From a virus (taxonomy: Duplodnaviria > Caudoviricetes): a stretch of 51,309 bases of DNA. The number at the start of each line of letters is the position of its first letter. Within the stretch, counting starts at the first letter, position 1. Made by a program: the position numbers and the translations under genes. Under the pieces are notes generated by a model that made no database searches, was not told where the DNA came from, and saw only the letters and a program-made list of their open reading frames with translations. This document shows, in pieces, positions 45,375 to 51,309 of this stretch. Location: positions 1-51,309 of IMG/VR virus record IMGVR_UViG_3300009082_000024; one strand, 5' to 3'.

Positions 45375-46523
45375 TCATTCTCCTACTCTCTCCTTTTCGC
45401 TTTGTGGCATCAGTTCTTTCCATACTGCTTGGGCAAGCCTGAAGAAAGCTTCTTTCGCTTTAGGCTGACTGACTGCTTCCATGATGCTGGTGATACCATC
45501 TTCGATAGCGTGCTGCAACGGCATACCATGTATCCACAAGTCAATGCAGTTATTAAGCTGCCGTATGCTGATGTCAACGGGGATATTGGCTTGCTCAATA
45601 GTTTGCAAGCAGGCGAAATAGAACTTGGTAAACCTTTCGATGTCATCGCTGTGCAGTTGCGGGAACTTCTTTCTTATTGCAAGTTTTATTTCTTTTACGC
45701 TGAACTCTGGAAATGTCAGATAGGTACACCTGCCTAAGAAATTACTTGCCTTGATATTACCGCCGATATACTTTGCGCTCTTCGGGTTCTGGGCAAAAGC
45801 GAGTTTGCAATCATCATGCAGCCGATACACTTTGCCTTTTCCACCGTCAGCGTCTTTGATAAACAGTTCTCTGTTCCACATGAACGCATGGAAATCAAAT
45901 GTACCTGCATTTGAAAGGGCATTGATCTCATCAAAGCATATCAGGCACGGCCCTTGGACAGCCTTCACGAATGTACTTTCTTGGAACATCACACTGCCGT
46001 TTTGTATGGTCTTATCACCAAATAACTTTGGCAATTTAAAATCCTCATACATCGAGAAAAGTAAGAACGGAAGCTTTCTTACATGCGCATAGTACATGAT
46101 TGAATAGGTCTTGCCAGTCCCCTGCTTTCCTTGGCACAAGGGATACTTCCAATGTCCTGCCCTGCTTGCGTCAAGATGATGAGCGAGCCTTTTATCTATG
46201 TCCCGTATGACATAGTTTGAGAATTCTTCCTCGACTGGGATAAAACGCTTCATCTCATCGCTGACCTGATATTCTTTCACCGCGATTGTTTCTTTCTTAG
46301 TAGTCACTTCTTCTGTTTGTTTTGGTTCTCCTATTCCGCTGCTTAATGGCTGGCCCATCTCTATGAATCTGCCTCGTATTGTCGAGTCGTCCATCTCTAT
46401 GTTGTGCTGGGTTTTCAACGCGTCTTTGATCTGCCACGCGCGGACTTTTGCATTTGTCTTAGCGAGTTCATCTCTGATCGCTAATAATATCTTGTCATCT
46501 ACCCTGTCTACTGGCGGCATCAT
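45375..46523 (-). CDS. MoxR/CobS-family AAA+ ATPase with N-terminal HTH-like extension
   Basis: GKQGTGKT, CFDEIN, AQNP, SIRQL. Confidence 0.9.
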   Translation of the reverse strand: MMPPVDRVDDKILLAIRDELAKTNAKVRAWQIKDALKTQHNIEMDDSTIRGRFIEMGQPLSSGIGEPKQTEEVTTKKETIAVKEYQVSDEMKRFIPVEEEFSNYVIRDIDKRLAHHLDASRAGHWKYPLCQGKQGTGKTYSIMYYAHVRKLPFLLFSMYEDFKLPKLFGDKTIQNGSVMFQESTFVKAVQGPCLICFDEINALSNAGTFDFHAFMWNRELFIKDADGGKGKVYRLHDDCKLAFAQNPKSAKYIGGNIKASNFLGRCTYLTFPEFSVKEIKLAIRKKFPQLHSDDIERFTKFYFACLQTIEQANIPVDISIRQLNNCIDLWIHGMPLQHAIEDGITSIMEAVSQPKAKEAFFRLAQAVWKELMPQSEKERVGE

Positions 46524-47344
46524 TCCTCCTCTCCTTCTTTTTTAATGAAAATTGGGTTTCTTAATGAACCTGAATCCAATACTCCAAGATGCTGTATCAC
46601 CACTTTATCTCCTACCTTCAGGTTTTTCTTGTGTTTTGCCGATACCTTTACTCCGCATGATATGCCGAGAGTGTGACTGTTTGGTGATGGTAGTCCGCTT
46701 GTGTTTGGCAACGGCACTATTATCTCTATTCTTTCCTGTGTGCTTGAGATAGAGTGCACTTCGTAGACATTAGTGTCTCTGCATTTTATTTTTACCCAAG
46801 GACACGGCCCTACTTGGAATACTGAGTCCAATGATTTAACCACGACTCCTTCATATCCCTGTCCCATCACATACAATGCGTAAGTGTGTGCTTCAGTTGC
46901 GTTGGTCACTAACCTGCATTGCCCGAGATATTTCTTCCTGAACAATTCTGTGATCATTTCTTTTCTTTCTACGAGTGGTCTTGTGTCAACTACTCCGCGT
47001 ATTGCCATATCATAGATGATAAAATTAAGGTCATCGGAGTCTTTGTGTTTGAGAAGTTGATAGAGAGCTTGGTTCTTGCCTTCGCCATAGAACAATTCAC
47101 AATAGAGATAAGCATACTCAAGGTTGGTTGTCCGCATGATGTCCGCTATTTCTACAAGCTTATCCCATTTTGTTCTTATTGTCCCATGCTTATTAGCAGC
47201 AAATATCTCGGCGCCTCTTTGGTAGACGATCACCATTGCTTCACCGTCATATTTTATTTCGGCAAAACTCGGGTATCGCAGGCCAGCCAAGCTTCCTCTA
47301 TGCTCTGGGAATCTCGCTTTCGGGCCATTCTTCGATAGTAACAT
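46520..47344 (-). CDS. ATP-dependent DNA ligase
   Basis: EIKYDGE (I), FIIYD (IIIa), GYEGVVVK (IV), WVKIK (V), SLRNPIF (VI); RBS GAGGTG favours ATG 47344. Confidence 0.9.
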   Translation of the reverse strand: MLLSKNGPKARFPEHRGSLAGLRYPSFAEIKYDGEAMVIVYQRGAEIFAANKHGTIRTKWDKLVEIADIMRTTNLEYAYLYCELFYGEGKNQALYQLLKHKDSDDLNFIIYDMAIRGVVDTRPLVERKEMITELFRKKYLGQCRLVTNATEAHTYALYVMGQGYEGVVVKSLDSVFQVGPCPWVKIKCRDTNVYEVHSISSTQERIEIIVPLPNTSGLPSPNSHTLGISCGVKVSAKHKKNLKVGDKVVIQHLGVLDSGSLRNPIFIKKEGEEE

Positions 47345-47441
47345 CTTCCACCTCTTTACCGCAGTGCGGGCACCACTTGACCCATTCTTCATCGAACTTG
47401 TCAATACAAAGCTGGCGCCCGCAATAAGGACAATTACACAT
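47298..47441 (-). CDS. Zn-ribbon peptide
   Basis: MCNCPYCG...WCPHCG; RBS AAGGAG. Confidence 0.55.
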   Translation of the reverse strand: MCNCPYCGRQLCIDKFDEEWVKWCPHCGKEVEDVTIEEWPESEIPRA

Positions 47442-47595
47442 CTGACATCTCCTTTTGTTCCAGTAATGACTCTTCTTTAAAACACTGGTCACAAAGATAG
47501 TATCCGCCTGTGTAGTCGTCAAAGTTCTCTTCCTTGAATTTAGCTTTTTTGGGATTAAGCATTTTACCACACCCGAGACACTCGACAAGTTTCAT
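47434..47595 (-). CDS. Zn-ribbon peptide (not in ORF track)
   Basis: MKLVECLGCG...LCDQCF, 53 aa; ATGA-coupled to the PC4-like gene. Confidence 0.6.
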   Translation of the reverse strand: MKLVECLGCGKMLNPKKAKFKEENFDDYTGGYYLCDQCFKEESLLEQKEMSDV

Positions 47596-47819
47596 TTTTG
47601 TCCTGCCTTAGCGGCCTCTGTCTCCGCTATTTCAATGAGTGATATAAGTTCCGCTATCTTATTATATTCAAGAGCAATCCCCTTTTTCGTTGGTGTAAAA
47701 TCAACGCTGCCCTTTGGCTTGAAGAAATCCCTGATGTCGAGAAAGTTACGTCCTTTGAACTCAGTGAGCCTTATTTTTGTCACTACTGCGCTAGTCTTTT
47801 TAATCTCTCCTATCTCCAT
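47592..47819 (-). CDS. PC4/YdbC-like ssDNA-binding protein
   Basis: EFKGRNFLDIRDFF...PTKKGIAL. Confidence 0.9.
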   Translation of the reverse strand: MEIGEIKKTSAVVTKIRLTEFKGRNFLDIRDFFKPKGSVDFTPTKKGIALEYNKIAELISLIEIAETEAAKAGQK

Positions 47820-48066
47820 TGTTACCTCCTAGTTCTTTTACTGTCTTAGCAATTGCTTCGATCAATGTCTTTCCCATTTCACAACCCATTACCTTGAATT
47901 TTTCAACGTTGGCGATACAATTGTTTAATGCAAATGCAAATCCTTTACCGTGGTTTTCTCCTTTGCAGAAGCATTTACACTCTGTGCCTTTAGCGTTGTA
48001 GCATCGCGCATCGCAGGTATGTGCCCGCTTGTCACCTTCTTTCTTTAATCTGAAGAGCGTTGCCAT
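47800..48066 (-). CDS. Cys-rich metal-binding protein
   Basis: CDARCYNAKGTECKCFCKGENHG. Confidence 0.7.
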   Translation of the reverse strand: MATLFRLKKEGDKRAHTCDARCYNAKGTECKCFCKGENHGKGFAFALNNCIANVEKFKVMGCEMGKTLIEAIAKTVKELGGNNGDRRD

Positions 48067-48259
48067 TAGTCACCTCCTTCCAGCATTTTGGACAAAAAAG
48101 AATAGATTTATCTGTTGACCATTCCTTTCTGTCGTTGAGCCCTTTCGTAGCCCGCTGCATGCTTACTCTGATCTTTCTTTTTTTGAGAGGCCTTTGGCAT
48201 ATATCGCATGCAATAACATATGCTGTGCAAACCTTGGTTACTTTTTTCTTTATTACCAT
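48032..48259 (-). CDS. Zn-ribbon protein
   Basis: CDIC...CPKC. Confidence 0.6.
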   Translation of the reverse strand: MVIKKKVTKVCTAYVIACDICQRPLKKRKIRVSMQRATKGLNDRKEWSTDKSILFCPKCWKEVTNGNALQIKERR

Positions 48260-48696
48260 ATCTCAAACCCCCCGCTGTTGGCGCAGAACGTTGCGAACTC
48301 TGTCACATTCTCAACAGTAAACGGATAGCTTTTTGCCCACGCTTCCCTCTTTCCTGTACCGTTGCACGCTTTGCACGTGGCTGTTTCAAGTTTCTTTTCC
48401 ACGCAAAAACAATCTTCATCAGGAAGCGACTCAAGAAACTTTTCTCTGTCCTGTTTATATTGCAATGCTTCTCCGTTTTCCACCGCTTCTCTTAATCGTT
48501 TTGCAATAGCAATTGCTTTACTGCTAGTGATAAGCATGCCGTCATTGTAATGACCGCTCTTTACTTCTTCTGGAGTTATGATGTCCGAGCATGTCTTTTC
48601 CACAAACTCCCAAAGCGGACGCCAATACCAGCAGTTATTCCTGAAATACTCACCCACTTTTTGTTTCGGTTCTTTGCCTGTCAAATCAAATCCCAT
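48253..48696 (-). CDS. phage hypothetical protein
   Basis: MGFDL...YFRNNCWYWRPLW...CKACNGTG...FCANSGGFEIW. Confidence 0.75.
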   Translation of the reverse strand: MGFDLTGKEPKQKVGEYFRNNCWYWRPLWEFVEKTCSDIITPEEVKSGHYNDGMLITSSKAIAIAKRLREAVENGEALQYKQDREKFLESLPDEDCFCVEKKLETATCKACNGTGKREAWAKSYPFTVENVTEFATFCANSGGFEIW

Positions 48697-48841
48697 CCTT
48701 CCTCACCTCCTTTCCCTTATTTCTAAGTGTTCCACAATCAGTACACTTGTAGATCTTCTGTTGTGGCTTACCGTACTTTTTATACTTTAAACTTCCACAC
48801 CGAGGACATTTGAAATAAACTTTTGAATAGATATTACCCAT
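48686..48841 (-). CDS. Zn-ribbon peptide, InsA-like spacing (not in ORF track)
   Basis: MGNIYSKVYFKCPRCGSLKYKKYGKPQQKIYKCTDCG, 51 aa. Confidence 0.6.
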   Translation of the reverse strand: MGNIYSKVYFKCPRCGSLKYKKYGKPQQKIYKCTDCGTLRNKGKEVRKDGI

Positions 48842-49200
48842 CACTTATCTCCTCTTGGCAGTCTTAAGTAATTCCATGTTGTATCATCGATAAACGCTAC
48901 CCTTCTTTTTATTATTTCTTTAAGCTTATCCTTGTTGCTGTCATTCATCCATCTTTGTACTGCTTCTTCCTTGATGACGGCCCAATTTCCAGTGCGATAA
49001 GGGTTATCGCCTGACTCACCATCTCTTACAGATATCAGTATTATTCCTTGTTTCATAAACCCTTTGCACTTGTCGCAAGGTTCATGGTTATATACTGCTT
49101 GACGCGGAAGGCTGTTCTTTAATCTTCTATCAAGCAGTATTTCTTTTGGCTCGTTGCATAAGAAACATAAACTCATCCCTACATGGCTTAATTCTTCCAT
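48841..49200 (-). CDS. phage hypothetical protein
   Basis: CFLC...EPCDKC...NPYRTG. Confidence 0.7.
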   Translation of the reverse strand: MEELSHVGMSLCFLCNEPKEILLDRRLKNSLPRQAVYNHEPCDKCKGFMKQGIILISVRDGESGDNPYRTGNWAVIKEEAVQRWMNDSNKDKLKEIIKRRVAFIDDTTWNYLRLPRGDK

Positions 49201-49208
49201 AGGACTCC

Positions 49209-49391
49209 TTATCTTGATACCACTTTGCTTATTTTAAATTCTTTCCTGCAATTAAAGCAGCGTATGATATCGCCTTTGTGTGCTGCCTGTAATACGGTTG
49301 CCGCTGTGCACTGCTTATAGGGACAAGCGACAACGTATACCTTGTTTGCTTGTGTTGCTATTGCATTACGATATCTTTCTTTCGGTTTCAT
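49209..49391 (-). CDS. Zn-ribbon protein
   Basis: CPYKQC...CFNC. Confidence 0.6.
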   Translation of the reverse strand: MKPKERYRNAIATQANKVYVVACPYKQCTAATVLQAAHKGDIIRCFNCRKEFKISKVVSR

Positions 49392-49512
49392 TCTTCCTCC
49401 ACTTGCTTGTAAGCAGATTAAACATCACCTGCTGGCCGTCATTCTGGTCAGTATCTGAACACTTGTCGCAGATTATCTCCTGACTTGGTTGATTACAAAC
49501 TTCACATCTCAT
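49366..49512 (-). CDS. Zn-finger peptide (not in ORF track)
   Basis: MRCEVC...ICDKC, 48 aa. Confidence 0.5.
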   Translation of the reverse strand: MRCEVCNQPSQEIICDKCSDTDQNDGQQVMFNLLTSKWRKNETERKIS

Positions 49513-49596
49513 AGCCACCCCTTATTATCCGCATACATGCAGATAAGTATTATTACTATCATCCCTATTAAAACTGCCCAGTCTCCTCTATCCATG

Positions 49597-49791
49597 TCAT
49601 TCATCCTTGCCAAACACATCGTCTTGGCATTTTTTGCACATGCCTGATATGTTAAACTCTTTGAGCCCCAGCTCATCGAAGGCGCTTGTGTCCACCTTAT
49701 TCCCACATATCGGGCACATCCCCTGCTCCACAAGTTTCACTAAGTTACCGAAACCAGTCATCTCAAGTATCTTCTTTGTTCCTTCTTTCAT
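49597..49791 (-). CDS. Zn-finger protein
   Basis: CPICG...EFNISGMCKKCQDDVF. Confidence 0.7.
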   Translation of the reverse strand: MKEGTKKILEMTGFGNLVKLVEQGMCPICGNKVDTSAFDELGLKEFNISGMCKKCQDDVFGKDE

Positions 49792-49803
49792 CGCTCCCTC
49801 CTC

Positions 49804-50040
49804 TTAGAAATGTTCAGGCTGTTCGTCATAATTAACCTTCGCACACAATTCAGCCATGGCATCTTCCCAATTAGCAAGCACTTGCTGTGCGTCAGGCGAC
49901 AACTGGTCATATTCCAAATCGTCAGCAAAGTAATCATTCAGCTCGCCTCTCAAGTTCAGATACTCTTTCTCGTTCTCTCTTGTCTCTGGGTTGTAATGTG
50001 TATGATCCTGTATCATCACATCAATGTCACCGAATAACAT
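49804..50040 (-). CDS. acidic hypothetical protein
   Basis: RBS GAGGAGG; strongly acidic. Confidence 0.6.
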   Translation of the reverse strand: MLFGDIDVMIQDHTHYNPETRENEKEYLNLRGELNDYFADDLEYDQLSPDAQQVLANWEDAMAELCAKVNYDEQPEHF

Positions 50041-50139
50041 AAGCACCTCCTCTTTGTTGGCGATAGTTCCTCTTACAGGCGTTTTTGTATGGAGAGAACC
50101 CCTCTAAGGTCACTATTAACCGAATATTCATAACTCTCA

Positions 50140-50472
50140 TCATAAAATCCCATTGTTCATATCTTCCTGTATCCTTTCTACATATTCTTCAAGTGTCTCA
50201 TCAGCCTTTAACTTATATCCAGCTTGAAGAAACTTAAGTACTAATATCTGTAATCTGTCCTCTGCCCTGTCCTCTCTGTTTCTCAGTTCTCTATTCATCT
50301 CAGCATTACGCTCATCACTCTCAAACATCTCGGCCTTTGTTATCTTATGTCTCTGCATGCAGCCATATGAAGTAAGTTTGCTGATACCCGAGCTTTCATC
50401 GGTTGTAAACCGTTCAGCAAAACGTTCTCTGTTCTTTACCCTTTCGTAATTGTTGTTACCAAATTTATCCAT
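50140..50472 (-). CDS. hypothetical protein
   Basis: RBS AAGGGGG gives ATG 50472. Confidence 0.6.
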   Translation of the reverse strand: MDKFGNNNYERVKNRERFAERFTTDESSGISKLTSYGCMQRHKITKAEMFESDERNAEMNRELRNREDRAEDRLQILVLKFLQAGYKLKADETLEEYVERIQEDMNNGIL

Positions 50473-50517
50473 ATAATCCCCCTTTATGGCGCGAGCTTCG
50501 CGTAGCAAGAAGCGAGC

Positions 50518-50608
50518 AGAGAACAATCAATCGACTCTCCGCCTGCCAGCTTTGCAGTCTCTCATCGTTCGTCAACGACTACAGGAGAGCCGACTTGACT
50601 GTTACTCT
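50518..50608 (-). ncRNA. multibranch structured intergenic RNA
   Basis: Long outer stem with G-U pairs that form only on the minus strand; inner TGTAGTC/GACTGCA stem. Confidence 0.6.
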
Positions 50609-50616
50609 ACGGATTG

Positions 50617-50769
50617 TTAGGCTTTCTTGAAACTTCCAAGTCTTAGAACATTAGGCATCTTTAACTTATACCCACATGCACAAGTCAAGAGCGTAAAGCC
50701 TTTTCCTGTGTAAAGCCTTTTAGTAACAGCTCTTTTGGTGAGGCATTTTGGGCATAATACTTTTTTCAT
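50617..50769 (-). CDS. Zn-ribbon peptide
   Basis: CPKC...CACG; RBS AAGGGGG gives ATG 50769. Confidence 0.6.
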   Translation of the reverse strand: MKKVLCPKCLTKRAVTKRLYTGKGFTLLTCACGYKLKMPNVLRLGSFKKA

Positions 50770-50832
50770 GTTGTCCCCCTTGTTTATTACATTAATTATT
50801 AAGTTATTAACCCAGAGCAAGAAAAAAAACAG

Positions 50833-50860
50833 TGAGCAGTTTAACGTCTTGCTCAGGACG
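50833..50860 (-). promoter_or_regulatory. H-type pseudoknot followed by U tract
   Basis: CGTC-CTGAGCAA-GACG-TTAAAC-TGCTCA then T8. Confidence 0.55.
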
Positions 50861-50865
50861 GATTG

Positions 50866-51105
50866 TTAGGCTTTCTTCTCTTTGGGAGTCCACATACTGA
50901 ACTTATACCTATGGAACTCTTGGCCTGCGCTTTGGCTGTTCTCACCAGCTTTGAACCCTTCCGCTACGACGTTGATAGTAATCTTCGTCTTGCCGTTGGC
51001 TTTGGCTGATGCAAGCAACAACTCGAAGTCCTCGATGCTGCGTGTGAGGCTGAGTACCTCAACTCCCTGATTGTCTTGTCTAGCTCTCGCAACTCCTTCT
51101 AACAT
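50866..51105 (-). CDS. hypothetical protein
   Basis: GAGGTG upstream; first gene of leftward block. Confidence 0.6.
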   Translation of the reverse strand: MLEGVARARQDNQGVEVLSLTRSIEDFELLLASAKANGKTKITINVVAEGFKAGENSQSAGQEFHRYKFSMWTPKEKKA

Positions 51106-51202
51106 GGTACACCTCGCTCATTAGAGACAATGCGTATGTCTAACTGCATACGTTCAGTACAGAACTCTACTGCGAGCCCTGCGAAGAAGGGCAAGCAGTT
51201 AG

Positions 51203-51278
51203 CCAACGCTTTTATCAACGCCAACGGCATACCACCCCCAACGCTTTTATCAACGCCAACGGCATACCACCCCTAACG
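51203..51278. repeat. 35-bp tandem repeat, two exact copies plus a partial third
   Basis: CCAACGCTTTTATCAACGCCAACGGCATACCACCC at 51203 and 51238. Confidence 0.9.
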
Positions 51279-51309
51279 TGTTTTTTTTCTCGCCCGTGGG
51301 GCGGGTGAC

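Noticed and set aside
43683-46523. Cobaltochelatase CobS/CobT as cobalamin auxiliary metabolic genes
   Set aside because: No CobN or other cobalamin genes; neighbours are DNA-handling proteins
50518-50860. Hammerhead or pistol ribozyme
   Set aside because: No CUGAnGA plus GAAA core; the pseudoknot lacks the pistol P2/P3 stems
32111-51200. Shared GCAGG motif in several structured spacers
   Set aside because: The pentamer is frequent throughout the genome and its structural position differs between elements
51203-51278. CRISPR-like mini-array
   Set aside because: Copies are directly adjacent with no spacers, and no cas operon; the Cas4-like nuclease sits in a Sak4/SSB recombination module
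1-51309. tRNA or tmRNA genes
   Set aside because: No cloverleaf with a T-loop GTTCRA found in intergenic regions by eye; tRNAscan-SE/ARAGORN would confirm

Overview
The window reads as a complete or near-complete ~51.3-kb tailed dsDNA bacteriophage genome with podovirus-type organisation, starting just upstream of the terminase genes. Plus strand 126-31972: TerS/TerL, portal, scaffold, major capsid protein, many small beta-rich virion proteins, an overlapped spanin-like pair (suggesting a diderm host), tail fibre proteins, adaptor, nozzle, ejection proteins and a 2637-aa polyvalent protein. Plus strand 31974-42125: sigma70-type promoter, ParB-like protein, PD-(D/E)XK exonuclease, Sak4-like ATPase, GroES, DUF669 SSB, initiator with internal iterons, RlpA-like protein, DnaB-like helicase and HNH nuclease. 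Minus strand 42109-51105: early-type cluster of small Zn-ribbon genes leading into PC4-like SSB, ATP-dependent DNA ligase, MoxR/CobS-type AAA+, HExxH/vWA protein, a divergent Ku-like protein and a SWIM protein. That last block is the best candidate for an undescribed system: a phage-encoded end-joining (NHEJ-like) module punctuated by long structured intergenic hairpins. The two window ends, if joined, form a dyad next to iteron-like repeats. No integrase, repressor, DNA polymerase, primase, tRNA, CRISPR array or reverse transcriptase was recognised. All family calls come from motif recognition by eye; no searches were run.
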